Counted from the stretch's first letter, positions 10,923-20,892 are shown. The stretch is DNA of 55,239 nt from a virus (IMGVR_UViG_3300033076_000726:1-55239), one strand, 5' to 3'. A program made the numbers and translations. Notes: a model not told the origin generated them from the sequence alone.

Positions 10923-11708
10923 ATGGCACCATTTAATATAGGAGGAAACACATTCGGTAATTTAACCGCAAAATTAAACAATTCAACATCTATTGTTAAA
11001 AGTGGATTAGTTTTATATTTGGATGCCAATATATCAGATTCTTACAATGGTTCTGGAAGTACTTGGTATGATTTGAGTGGTCAGTCAAATCATTTTACGA
11101 TGCAAGGTAATATTACATGGAGTCCATCAATAGGATTTGGTAATTTTAATGGTAATAGTACGGGTACTGGTAATAAATTTTATTGTAATAATTCATCATT
11201 TGGTAAGGCATTTAAAAGTGGTAATGGAGGTAATGGATACACAACAATTGCGTGGGCTAGAGTTACATCTGTCGCCGGTTGGCAAAAATTGATGGGTCAT
11301 TCTGATAGTGATTCATATATTGACCTTTATGCTATGCCAAATGCATCTGGACACTACCACCAAGAAGACGGGTCAACTGTTTGGGTTAATACATCAACAG
11401 TATCAACCGATAGTTACACATTGTACAATGCGGGATGGTTAATGTTAGTAAGTACAAATTTAAACGGAGGCTCAACAACAACACCAACATATACATTTAC
11501 AATTGGGAACGACCCAAATGGTGCAGGAACACAAACATCATACCCTTGGTTGGGTAATATACATACAGTGATGGTATATAATAGAGTATTATCCGCCCAA
11601 GAAATTTTACAAAATTATCAAGCAACTAGACAAAAATTTGAAGTATATTATGATTGTGGATACGGATGTCAACAATATAATTACGACCCGGGTTGTACTC
11701 CTTGCTAA
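10923..11708 (+). CDS. LamG-like protein with C-terminal Cys motif YYDCGYGCQQYNYDPGCTPC
   Basis: GLVLYLDANISDSYNGSGSTWYDLSG...MVYNRVLSAQEILQNY; shares AKLNNST with the upstream paralog. Confidence 0.8.
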   Translation: MAPFNIGGNTFGNLTAKLNNSTSIVKSGLVLYLDANISDSYNGSGSTWYDLSGQSNHFTMQGNITWSPSIGFGNFNGNSTGTGNKFYCNNSSFGKAFKSGNGGNGYTTIAWARVTSVAGWQKLMGHSDSDSYIDLYAMPNASGHYHQEDGSTVWVNTSTVSTDSYTLYNAGWLMLVSTNLNGGSTTTPTYTFTIGNDPNGAGTQTSYPWLGNIHTVMVYNRVLSAQEILQNYQATRQKFEVYYDCGYGCQQYNYDPGCTPC

Positions 11709-11735
11709 TATTTAATCTATAACCCATTAAACAAG

Positions 11736-11743
11736 TATTTATA
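11736..11743 (+). promoter_or_regulatory. TATTTATA motif, candidate late promoter element
   Basis: aagTATTTATAgtt before 11760; the same context aagtatttatagtt occurs at about 35996. Confidence 0.5.
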
Positions 11744-11759
11744 GTTAAACTATAATTTA

Positions 11760-14700
11760 ATGGAGATATACGGTTCGTTAGAGTTAATTTCGGGTTCATT
11801 TGTTGGTGATGCAAGTGGTTTATCAAATATACCAGCAACGGGTGTAACGGGATTAAATCTTTCACAAATAGCAGATGGTAGTGTTACTGCCTCAATATCA
11901 CAAGGTAACGGTTTTGAAGTTAATACGGATACCACAATTAAAGGTAATTTAACTGTTACAGGTTCAATAATTGCGGAAAGTTATATTGTAAGTTCATCGG
12001 TTACATTCATGACCACAAGTTATGCTAGTGGTTCAAGTGCATTTGGTGACACCTTGGCGGACGTACATCAATTTACGGGTTCAGTACAAATATCAGGTTC
12101 AATCTATTTAAACAACGAACTTGTTGGAACAGGTAAATTAAATTCAACAGAATTTTATTCATTCACATCATCCCAAGATTCATTTAATAGTTCGATTACC
12201 GCATCACAAGCTCAACAATCGAACGACATCAATACATTACAAACAAATCAAACATATTACGCTCAAAAAGCACAATCAAATACATTTACAGCCGACCAAA
12301 TTGTTACAGGTTCTGTAAAAGTTCAGGGTGATGTTGTAATTAACGGAACATCATATAACGCGGCAACCTCAGGAACAAGTGGAACATCAGGTTCTTCAGG
12401 AACTAGTGGTACATCTGGCAGTTCTGGTACAAGTGGTTCATCTGGTTCATCAGGGACTAGCGGAACTTCAGGTTCGTCAGGAAGTAATGGTTCAAGCGGC
12501 ACTTCAGGAACTAGTGGTTCGTCTGGTAGTTCAGGAACAAGTGGTACTTCAGGTTCATCTGGAAGTTCAGGTACGAGCGGTACATCTGGTAGTTCTGGCA
12601 CATCAGGTTCTAGTGGTTCATCAGGTTCAAGTGGTTCAAGTGGTACTTCCGGTACATCGGGGTCTTCCGGTTCATCAGGGTCTAGCGGAACATCTGGTAG
12701 TTCAGGTTCAAGTGGTACATCAGGTACGAGTGGAACTTCTGGTTCTTCAGGGTCTAGTGGTACTTCAGGTTCTAATGGAAGTAGTGGAACATCAGGTTCA
12801 TCGGGTAGTTCGGGTACTTCTGGAACATCCGGTTCATCAGGAACTAGTGGAACTTCAGGTTCTTCAGGAACAAGCGGTTCTTCAGGAACAAGCGGTTCTT
12901 CAGGTAGTAGTGGAACCTCGGGTTCTAGTGGTTCATCTGGTAGTTCAGGAACTAGTGGGACTTCAGGATCAAACGGTTCATCAGGAACAAGTGGAACATC
13001 AGGTTCTTCAGGTTCATCTGGTACAAGTGGAAGTGGAGGTTCTTCCGGAACAAGTGGAACATCAGGTTTTAGTGGTTCATCAGGAACAAGTGGAACGTCT
13101 GGTTCGTCAGGTAGTAGTGGAAGTTCCGGTACAAGTGGAAGTTCAGGTTCATCAGGAACTAGTGGTTCTTCAGGTACGTCGGGTTCATCCGGTTCTTCAG
13201 GAACTAGTGGTTCATCTGGTTCATCAGGAACCAGTGGAACGTCTGGAACTAGTGGTTCATCCGGTTCTTCAGGAACTAGTGGTTCATCTGGTTCATCAGG
13301 AACAAGAGGTACTTCAGGAACTAGTGGAACGTCTGGTTCGTCAGGTAGTAGTGGAAGTTCGGGTACCGTAACAATGACCGGAACCCAAGATAATGGTTTG
13401 TTGACATTAAATGGTTCATCACCTAATGTTACAGTAGAATCAAATTTAACATACGACGGAAGTTTATTTAGAGTTAATTCTAATACACATATAACGGGTT
13501 CATTAACAATTACTGATAACTTATTGGTAATAGGTTCCTCTTCAATTACATATGCAACTGCATCACAATTAAATGTTCAAAATAATTTCATATCAGTAAA
13601 TGCATCATCACCTGCAGTTAGATATGGTGGATTAAACGTTTTTGACTCCGGTTCAAATACTACCTCATCTTTCTATTTTGATAGTTTAACAAATGATTGG
13701 GCGTATGAATATAGTTCATCAACTGTTGATTATGCAGTTACCATATTTGGACCTGAATATTCAACAAAAGGTTCACCAACATATCCTGCAAACAATAAAA
13801 TACAAAAAGGTTCGGGTACACATCATATCGCCGATTCAAATATCACAGATACGGGTACTTTAGTTTCAATAAATTCAAATACAGAAGTTACGGGCACGTT
13901 AAAAGTAACAGGTGAAATAACATCAACATTCTCAAGCGGTGATGAAGGTGGTCAATTAAATTTGGTTAAGGCACAAACAAACACGACATTAGTTGGTGGG
14001 ATAAGTTTTGACGTTTTTCAAAATAAAGTTAGATTATTTGAACAAGGAGGAACAAACAGAGGAGGATATTGGGACATTTCAACATTAGCTACAGGGGTTG
14101 GTACAAATTTATTAACCGCAGGTTCATCAGGAACAAGTGGCACATCAGGAACAAGTGGAACCTCGGGTTCATCGGGTAGTTCAGGTACGAGTGGAACGTC
14201 TGGTTCAAGTGGTTCTTCTGGTACAAGAGGAACATCAGGAACTAGTGGTACATCAGGTACAAGTGGAAGTTCAGGTTCTTCAGGAACTAGTGGTTCCTCA
14301 GGTTCTTCAGGAACTAGTGGTTCCTCAGGTTCCTCAGGTTCTTCTGGTACATCCGGTTCATCTGGTTCTTCAGGAACAAGTGGAACATCTGGTACATCCG
14401 GTTCATCTGGTTCTTCAGGAACAAGTGGTTCTTCGGGTTCTTCTGGTACATCCGGTTCATCAGGAACAAGTGGTTCGTCCGGTAGTTCAGGAGTTGCGGG
14501 AGGAGTTAGATATAACTTCTCAACAACCACAACTGATGCGGACCCAGGTGCGGGTTTAATTGCATATAATAACGTAACAATTGCCTCCGTAACAACAATT
14601 TTTATAGATAACGCTGACCAATTAGGTGGCACAAGAACCACATGGTACGACACTTGGGATGATTCAACAACAACTTCATCAAGAGGTATAATTACAATTG

Positions 14701-15974
14701 TTAGTAGAGACACAGGCACAATAGTAAACCAATTTCAAGTAAATGGTGCGGTTACTGTGGCAACAGGATATTATAAAATACCTGTTTCTTATATATCGGG
14801 AACATTACCAACTAACGGAGCACAATTAGTGATTGAGTTTAATAGAACAGGTAATGCGGGTTCTTCAGGAACAAGTGGAACCTCGGGTTCATCGGGTAGT
14901 TCAGGTACGAGTGGAAGTTCAGGTTCTTCAGGTACTAGCGGTAGTTCAGGTACTAGTGGTACTTCAGGAAGTAGTGGAAGTTCGGGAACTTCAGGTTCGT
15001 CTGGAAGTTCAGGTACGAGCGGTACATCAGGTAGTTCAGGTTCGTCTGGAAGTAGTGGAACATCCGGCTCTAATGGTTCTTCGGGAACAAGTGGAACGTC
15101 CGGTTCTAGTGGAAGTAGTGGAACTTCAGGTTCTAATGGTTCATCAGGAACAAGTGGTACTTCGGGTACATCAGGTACTAGTGGCACATCTGGTTCCTCG
15201 GGTAGTTCAGGTTCTTCAGGGACTAGTGGTACTTCGGGGATAAATGGTTCACCTGGTTCAAATGGAACATCAGGAAGTAGTGGAACATCAGGAAGTTCAG
15301 GTTCATCAGGTACTTCAGGAGCTAATGGGTCTCCAGGTTCTAATGGAACATCTGGTTCTTCTGGTACATCTGGTTCAAGTGGTACGTCATTTGCAAATAC
15401 ATATAATATTAACCAAAATTTAGGAACGTCAAATAGTCCAACATTTTCTAGTTTAACATTAGCAGGTCCGATATATCGTACATCTGCGGCAACGGCATAT
15501 TTAAACGGAAACTATTCTAGTTCCGAAACAGGAACATCAACAGGTGCGATTTATACAATTGGGGGTTCATATGTTCCAACCGCATCATCATTGAATAATA
15601 TGTACGGTGTTGGTTATACTAATACAAACGGTTCAACAACGGCAGTTAACATGACAAACGCAAGTGGATGGGGTATGTATGTTGCGGCAAATGGAACACC
15701 ATATGTTTGGTTAGGGGCGGAAGGTAATGCATCGGTATTCAGAGGAAACATTTTACCACATTCAAATAACTCATATAACTTAGGCTCCGCATCAATGGGT
15801 TGGGCTAACGTTTATACCAATGACTTACACTTAAGTAACATGAATAAACCTGAAGGAAATGACATTGATGGAACATCCGGCAACTGGACTATACAAGAAG
15901 GTGAAGAAAATCTTTATATTATCAATAATAGAAACGGAAAGAAATTTAAATTCAGATTAGACGAATTAGAGTAA
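11760..15974 (+). CDS. Fibre protein, 1404 aa, with three (Gly-Ser/Thr-Ser)n tracts and a conserved C-terminal fibre domain
   Basis: Tracts at about 12369-13364, 14121-14492 and 14859-15389. C-terminus WANVYTNDLHLSN...DIDGTSGNWTIQEGEENLYIINNRNGKKFKF resembles ends of fibres in large myoviruses. Confidence 0.75.
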   Translation: MEIYGSLELISGSFVGDASGLSNIPATGVTGLNLSQIADGSVTASISQGNGFEVNTDTTIKGNLTVTGSIIAESYIVSSSVTFMTTSYASGSSAFGDTLADVHQFTGSVQISGSIYLNNELVGTGKLNSTEFYSFTSSQDSFNSSITASQAQQSNDINTLQTNQTYYAQKAQSNTFTADQIVTGSVKVQGDVVINGTSYNAATSGTSGTSGSSGTSGTSGSSGTSGSSGSSGTSGTSGSSGSNGSSGTSGTSGSSGSSGTSGTSGSSGSSGTSGTSGSSGTSGSSGSSGSSGSSGTSGTSGSSGSSGSSGTSGSSGSSGTSGTSGTSGSSGSSGTSGSNGSSGTSGSSGSSGTSGTSGSSGTSGTSGSSGTSGSSGTSGSSGSSGTSGSSGSSGSSGTSGTSGSNGSSGTSGTSGSSGSSGTSGSGGSSGTSGTSGFSGSSGTSGTSGSSGSSGSSGTSGSSGSSGTSGSSGTSGSSGSSGTSGSSGSSGTSGTSGTSGSSGSSGTSGSSGSSGTRGTSGTSGTSGSSGSSGSSGTVTMTGTQDNGLLTLNGSSPNVTVESNLTYDGSLFRVNSNTHITGSLTITDNLLVIGSSSITYATASQLNVQNNFISVNASSPAVRYGGLNVFDSGSNTTSSFYFDSLTNDWAYEYSSSTVDYAVTIFGPEYSTKGSPTYPANNKIQKGSGTHHIADSNITDTGTLVSINSNTEVTGTLKVTGEITSTFSSGDEGGQLNLVKAQTNTTLVGGISFDVFQNKVRLFEQGGTNRGGYWDISTLATGVGTNLLTAGSSGTSGTSGTSGTSGSSGSSGTSGTSGSSGSSGTRGTSGTSGTSGTSGSSGSSGTSGSSGSSGTSGSSGSSGSSGTSGSSGSSGTSGTSGTSGSSGSSGTSGSSGSSGTSGSSGTSGSSGSSGVAGGVRYNFSTTTTDADPGAGLIAYNNVTIASVTTIFIDNADQLGGTRTTWYDTWDDSTTTSSRGIITIVSRDTGTIVNQFQVNGAVTVATGYYKIPVSYISGTLPTNGAQLVIEFNRTGNAGSSGTSGTSGSSGSSGTSGSSGSSGTSGSSGTSGTSGSSGSSGTSGSSGSSGTSGTSGSSGSSGSSGTSGSNGSSGTSGTSGSSGSSGTSGSNGSSGTSGTSGTSGTSGTSGSSGSSGSSGTSGTSGINGSPGSNGTSGSSGTSGSSGSSGTSGANGSPGSNGTSGSSGTSGSSGTSFANTYNINQNLGTSNSPTFSSLTLAGPIYRTSAATAYLNGNYSSSETGTSTGAIYTIGGSYVPTASSLNNMYGVGYTNTNGSTTAVNMTNASGWGMYVAANGTPYVWLGAEGNASVFRGNILPHSNNSYNLGSASMGWANVYTNDLHLSNMNKPEGNDIDGTSGNWTIQEGEENLYIINNRNGKKFKFRLDELE
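12369..13364 (+). repeat. (SGT/SGS)n coding tract, about 332 aa (longest)
   Basis: Direct translation. Confidence 0.95.
14121..14492 (+). repeat. (SGT/SGS)n coding tract, about 124 aa
   Basis: Direct translation. Confidence 0.95.
14859..15389 (+). repeat. (SGT/SGS)n coding tract, about 177 aa, with NGS/SPG variants
   Basis: Direct translation. Confidence 0.95.
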
Positions 15975-15975
15975 T

Positions 15976-17154
15976 ATGGCATATATCGTAAATGGTAACG
16001 TTATTAGTTCAAGTGATATCAATAGTACAGGTGTTTTCAAAAGTAAAGTAAACATCGATGGTATGATATGCCATTTAGACGCTGCAGATAAAGATTCATT
16101 TCCACCAACAAATGAGTATACTAATATAATATCAGATGCGATTCACATGAATGGATGGGGCTCCTATAGTTATGGTAATGACGGTCAATTTGTAACTGAA
16201 TTTAATACAGTAGGTTACAAAATGATAAATAGAGGTTCTTGGAATGGAATTTATAAAAGTATATCACTTCCATCAACAGGAACATACACATTTTCGGCGT
16301 GGTATCGTTGGTACTTAAGTGGTTCAGGAAATAATGGTGCTACGGTTTATGTGAGTGGATTTGGTCAAGGTGATACTGCAACAGGTATTAGTCAAGCGGC
16401 CGACAAGGTTGGTGTTTGGCAAAGAGTCTCACATACAATAAGTGCATCATCCACATCAGGTACATTTTACATCATATCGTATGGTGGAACATCAGGAGGA
16501 AGTAACTCAACATGGGAAGTAACTATGCCGATGATACAATCGGGAGGTTCAATGGCGGGAGATTGGATAAATGGAACAAATGGCGATGCAGTAATTGATA
16601 TGAGTCAAAGTGGAAATAGTGTAATTAAAAATAGTAACACAACTTGGAATTCAAATTATGGTGGTGCGTTTATGTTTAACGGTTCAAATAGTGCTTTAGA
16701 CTTTAACACATATTTTAGTGAGTTATCGGGTTTAAATCCGTGGACAATTGAAGTTTGGTATAAAAGAATGTCAACAAATACGGGAGTTTTAATTAGTAAT
16801 TATGGTCCTGGATATGGTAATGGTATATGGATGTTTAGTGGTGGAGTATATATACAAGGAAATGCTTATGAGGCAGATTACGGTGCATCATATAATAATA
16901 CAGTTTATCAATTGACTTGTAGTAGAGATAAAAATGGTGTCGTAAAAGTTTATAGAAATGCTGTTTTAACAAAAACAACGGTATTAACAGGTTCAGTACC
17001 TGCTAACATTAACTGGAGAATTGGCCTTGATGTTAACGGAACATCAGAACCTTTCTATGGTGAGATATATATAGTAAGAATGTATAATAGAGTACTACAT
17101 CCATTTGAAATTGCTGAAAATTTTCAAGCAACAAGAGGAAGATTTAGTATATAA
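15976..17154 (+). CDS. LamG-like protein with an inserted carbohydrate-binding-like beta-sandwich
   Basis: GMICHLDAADKDSF [insert with YTFSAWY...WQRVSHT] DAVIDMSQSGN...FNGSNS...RMYNRVLHPFEIAENF. Confidence 0.7.
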   Translation: MAYIVNGNVISSSDINSTGVFKSKVNIDGMICHLDAADKDSFPPTNEYTNIISDAIHMNGWGSYSYGNDGQFVTEFNTVGYKMINRGSWNGIYKSISLPSTGTYTFSAWYRWYLSGSGNNGATVYVSGFGQGDTATGISQAADKVGVWQRVSHTISASSTSGTFYIISYGGTSGGSNSTWEVTMPMIQSGGSMAGDWINGTNGDAVIDMSQSGNSVIKNSNTTWNSNYGGAFMFNGSNSALDFNTYFSELSGLNPWTIEVWYKRMSTNTGVLISNYGPGYGNGIWMFSGGVYIQGNAYEADYGASYNNTVYQLTCSRDKNGVVKVYRNAVLTKTTVLTGSVPANINWRIGLDVNGTSEPFYGEIYIVRMYNRVLHPFEIAENFQATRGRFSI

Positions 17155-17164
17155 AAAATAGTTT

Positions 17165-17956
17165 ATGGGAATTATAATTGGTGGAAATACATTATCGGGA
17201 AATTTTAGTTCTTCTGGAGATACCCAGAATGCCCCGAGTATTGAAACACGTGGGTTAGTTTTACATTTTGATACATCAAATGCATCATCATTTGATAATA
17301 CGGGATACTATTATGATTGTGGATACGGATGTCAATATTATTCGTCAAACCCTGGATGTACCAATTGTAATAATAAATTGGTTGATTTAAGTGGATACGG
17401 TCATGACGGTGCAATTTATAATATATCAACATCAAATTTAGCATCAGGACCATCGTTTTATTTTAACGGTTCAAATAGTTACGTAAACGTCACACATACA
17501 AGTACATTAGCACCAAGTACCGGAGTAATATCAATAGGTGCGTGGTTTTATTCAACGGAAGTTGGTACAATAAACGATAGAATAATCTTTAATAAAGAAA
17601 ATGAGTTTGAATTATCTGCCGGTGGTGGATATATTTCATATGCATTTAGGCCAAACTGGGCATGGGTGGGAAATACTGCATTTAATATAAATCAATGGTA
17701 TCATGCAATGGTAACATATGACCAATCATATCAAAGACTATATGTAAATGGTGTGGAAGTATATAATGCGGCATTAACTGGTGCAATTGGTAATGTTTAT
17801 TCAAATGATTTAAGATTTGGTGCAAGAAATGCACCTGGCACACCAACAAGTCCATTTAAAGGTTATATACCTGTAATGCAAATGTATAATGTCGCATTAA
17901 CAGCATCGGAAGTTTTAACACTATATAATAACGGAAGACAAAGATTTGCAATATAA
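17165..17956 (+). CDS. LamG-like protein with internal Cys motif YYDCGYGCQYYSSNPGCTNC
   Basis: GLVLHFDTSNASSF...LVDLSGYGHDG...FNGSNSYV...WYHAMVTYD...RLYVNG...MYNVALTASEV. Confidence 0.8.
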   Translation: MGIIIGGNTLSGNFSSSGDTQNAPSIETRGLVLHFDTSNASSFDNTGYYYDCGYGCQYYSSNPGCTNCNNKLVDLSGYGHDGAIYNISTSNLASGPSFYFNGSNSYVNVTHTSTLAPSTGVISIGAWFYSTEVGTINDRIIFNKENEFELSAGGGYISYAFRPNWAWVGNTAFNINQWYHAMVTYDQSYQRLYVNGVEVYNAALTGAIGNVYSNDLRFGARNAPGTPTSPFKGYIPVMQMYNVALTASEVLTLYNNGRQRFAI

Positions 17957-19623
17957 TGTCAACATATTTTATAAAGAAAAGTTTACTCACAGACCCTAAA
18001 ACATGGACCACAGGTTCGGGCGGTTCATCGGGTTATGGACAGAATGGTAACACGGGTGAAAACGAAAGAGTTATTGGTACAGACCCATGGGGTAATAGTG
18101 CGGTTGTTTGGGAAACAAGAGCTTCAGGTGATGGAGGTGCGGATGGTGGATGGAATTCAGACTCATTTGCAATTGACATTACTAAATTATATAGATTCTC
18201 GGTTTGGGTAAAAAGAACATCATCAACAGGTGGAGGGACTTTTTATTTAGGTACTGCAGGTGGTAGCGAATGTCCTAATGCATTAGGAACAAGTAGTCAA
18301 ATGTGTAATCCATATTGGCACTGTGGAAGTGCTGGTGGACTAACTCAAAACCAATGGTATTTGGTTGTTGGGCACATTTTTCCATATTCATATACGAGTA
18401 CTATTCCACATCCAGATACGGGATTTTGGACCGTTTCGAATAATTCCATTTATTCTCTAACTAAAGCAATGGGAATTAACCAATGTAATATTAGTGGAGG
18501 TGACTTAAAATGGGGTGCTAGTTCAACGAGTACATATCATAGAACATATCATTATTATTGTGGTGATAGTACAACAAGATTACAATTTTTCAATCCAAGA
18601 GTCGATATTTGTGATGGAACACAACCAACATTACAAGCACTATTATTGAATCAAAATAATAAATTAGATAGTAGAACAATAACACTCGAAGGTAATTCAT
18701 TTAAACATCAAAGAGTAATTGCAACTGGAGGTAATTTAATTACTGAAGTTGGTGAGTGGAGAATACATAGATTTACAAGTTCGGGTACATTTACTGTAAC
18801 CGGTTATAAAGGAGATTCACTTACTGTAGATTATCTTATCGTCGGAGGTGGCGGTGGAGGAGGAATGGATATGGGTGGTGGTGGCGGTGGTGGTGCCGTA
18901 CTTAATGGAACAATGGTGTTAGGTACAGGTTCATATACAGTAACTGTTGGTGGTGGAGGTGCAGGTGCACCCGCTGCGAGTACTAACGGACAACCAGGTG
19001 GACACCAATATACGATTAGAGCAACTGCTGGAGGTAACAGTTCATTTAATGGATTTACCGCAAATGGAGGTGGATATGGTGCAAGTTCTTATTTTGGTTA
19101 TACGCCCGATTATGGTTATGGAGGTACCGGAGGTAATGGAGGAGGTGCTAGTGGTTATAGTGACGGAAATACAGGTAGAGGAGGTACAGGAAACCAAGGT
19201 TATAATGGCGGTGGTTCAGGTGGACAATATTATTCTGGCGGTGGAGGAGGCGCGGGTGCTGTCGGAGTTTCAGGTACCGCAAGACCAAATGGAGGTGCGG
19301 GTAAATTAGTTAATATATTAGGTAAACCATTCTATTGGGGTGGTGGCGGTGGTGGTGCTAGTTATTCACTAGGGACAGGTGGTGATGGTGGTCTCGGTGG
19401 AGGTGGTGGTGGTGCATTAGGTATCACATCAGGTGGTTCACAGGCATTAACTTGGGGTAATTCCGGTCAAAACGGTGCATGTTGTTCATGGGCAAACGTA
19501 CCTGGTGGTAATGGAGGAACAAATACCGGAGGTGGCGGTGGAGGTGGTTCACACTACAACGCAAATAACAAAGGTGGTGACGGTGGTTCGGGAATAGTTG
19601 TAATAAGATATAAATTTAAATAA
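17956..19623 (+). CDS. Virion protein: N-terminal beta-sandwich-like domain plus C-terminal glycine-rich domain
   Basis: WRIHRFTSSGTF...DYLIVGGGGGGG...GGGGGG...GGSGIVVIRY is the typical phage Gly-rich fibre domain. Confidence 0.75.
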   Translation: MSTYFIKKSLLTDPKTWTTGSGGSSGYGQNGNTGENERVIGTDPWGNSAVVWETRASGDGGADGGWNSDSFAIDITKLYRFSVWVKRTSSTGGGTFYLGTAGGSECPNALGTSSQMCNPYWHCGSAGGLTQNQWYLVVGHIFPYSYTSTIPHPDTGFWTVSNNSIYSLTKAMGINQCNISGGDLKWGASSTSTYHRTYHYYCGDSTTRLQFFNPRVDICDGTQPTLQALLLNQNNKLDSRTITLEGNSFKHQRVIATGGNLITEVGEWRIHRFTSSGTFTVTGYKGDSLTVDYLIVGGGGGGGMDMGGGGGGGAVLNGTMVLGTGSYTVTVGGGGAGAPAASTNGQPGGHQYTIRATAGGNSSFNGFTANGGGYGASSYFGYTPDYGYGGTGGNGGGASGYSDGNTGRGGTGNQGYNGGGSGGQYYSGGGGGAGAVGVSGTARPNGGAGKLVNILGKPFYWGGGGGGASYSLGTGGDGGLGGGGGGALGITSGGSQALTWGNSGQNGACCSWANVPGGNGGTNTGGGGGGGSHYNANNKGGDGGSGIVVIRYKFK

Positions 19624-19624
19624 T

Positions 19625-20014
19625 ATGGCACATTTTGCACAAATAGATGAGAACAATGTAGTTCTACAAGTTTTGGTTGTACCAAACGAAGAAGAACATA
19701 GAGGTCAAGATTATCTTTCAGAAGATTTAAATTTAGGTGGTAGATGGATACAAACATCTTATAATGGAAATATTAGAAAAATGTTTGCGGGTGTTGGATA
19801 TACATATAATGAAACGTTGGATATATTTTTACCCCCAAAACCATTTGAATCTTGGGTATTAAATGAAACATTAGGACAATGGGACCCACCTATTGAAAGA
19901 CCTGTGGTTGATGAAGATAAGGCAACAATATGGCACGAAGATACACAAACATGGACTATCGAAAATAGACCACTAGCGATAATTGAAAACCCTAATCCAT
20001 ATCCAAATGAGTAA
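19625..20014 (+). CDS. Conserved small phage protein accompanying Gly-rich fibre genes
   Basis: MAHFAQIDENNVVLQV...WIQTSYNGNIRKMFAGVGYTY...F.PPKPFESWVL pattern. Confidence 0.7.
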   Translation: MAHFAQIDENNVVLQVLVVPNEEEHRGQDYLSEDLNLGGRWIQTSYNGNIRKMFAGVGYTYNETLDIFLPPKPFESWVLNETLGQWDPPIERPVVDEDKATIWHEDTQTWTIENRPLAIIENPNPYPNE

Positions 20015-20144
20015 TGTAGAAATTTTTAAAGAAGGACAAGTATGGTATGTTAGATTCGAAGAAAATGGTGAAATTAAAACAAGTGAACCATTTATAAATG
20101 AGTCTGACGCAATTAGTTTCAGTTTAAATTTGAAATTTATTTAA
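20007..20144 (+). CDS. Small 45 aa hypothetical protein (absent from ORF track)
   Basis: MSNVEIFKEGQVWYVRFEENGEIKTSEPFINESDAISFSLNLKFI; overlaps the upstream stop and fills the gap. Confidence 0.55.
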   Translation: MSNVEIFKEGQVWYVRFEENGEIKTSEPFINESDAISFSLNLKFI

Positions 20145-20157
20145 TTTTTCGTATATT
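20130..20157 (+). promoter_or_regulatory. Sigma70-like promoter TTGAAA-N16-TATATT, 6 nt before ATG
   Basis: Same architecture as at 34932, 44477 and 53193. Confidence 0.45.
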
Positions 20158-20163
20158 ATACCT

Positions 20164-20892
20164 ATGAACAATATAGGTGTAGGGATTTTTTGTTTCGGAG
20201 AAGATTATTATTTTAAGGGAACAAAAGAAAAAATTATAGAATTAACCAATAGGAATATACCTGTGTATATTCTAACAAACGAAACTGAAAAGTTTAATGA
20301 CTATTTTGTTAATGTAATTGAATACACTAACGAAATAAAATCATATCATGATAAATTAACCATAGTCAAATACATACATCGATATCATGATATTGCATTA
20401 TTGTTAGATGCAGATTTACATATTACGGATTATTCTATTTTTGATACCTTAAAAACATATAATTTTAAAAATGGTATTTCATATGTTGATACATTATTGA
20501 ATCATCCGGCAAAAAAACAATTTGTAAAAGAAATCATTACAGATAATTTAGAGTGGAATTCATACAAAACATATGCTGAAAAATTACACCCAACATTTAC
20601 TGATATGGAAATGATTTGGGAGTATTTCTTAGTTTTTAATTTAGAAGGATTTAATAGTAAAGAATTTTATCATCACTATGAAAAACTACAAATAGCTAAA
20701 GATTTTTCAGATTTAACAATGAATAAACAAGTGTGCGGTGCGGGCGAAGGAATATCAATGTCAATTGCCACTAAATTATCGAATAGTGTAATTCAGAAGG
20801 ACGAAGAATTGTATGAATTAACAAAAGATAAAATGATAAGTGTAAGTAGAAAATATACAAGACCAGAATTTTGGCCTGATTGGATGAAATGA
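20164..20892 (+). CDS. GT-A-like (nucleotide-diphospho-sugar transferase-like) protein
   Basis: IGVGIFCFGEDY...IALLLDADLHI (DxD); resembles 39902..40603. Confidence 0.5.
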   Translation: MNNIGVGIFCFGEDYYFKGTKEKIIELTNRNIPVYILTNETEKFNDYFVNVIEYTNEIKSYHDKLTIVKYIHRYHDIALLLDADLHITDYSIFDTLKTYNFKNGISYVDTLLNHPAKKQFVKEIITDNLEWNSYKTYAEKLHPTFTDMEMIWEYFLVFNLEGFNSKEFYHHYEKLQIAKDFSDLTMNKQVCGAGEGISMSIATKLSNSVIQKDEELYELTKDKMISVSRKYTRPEFWPDWMK

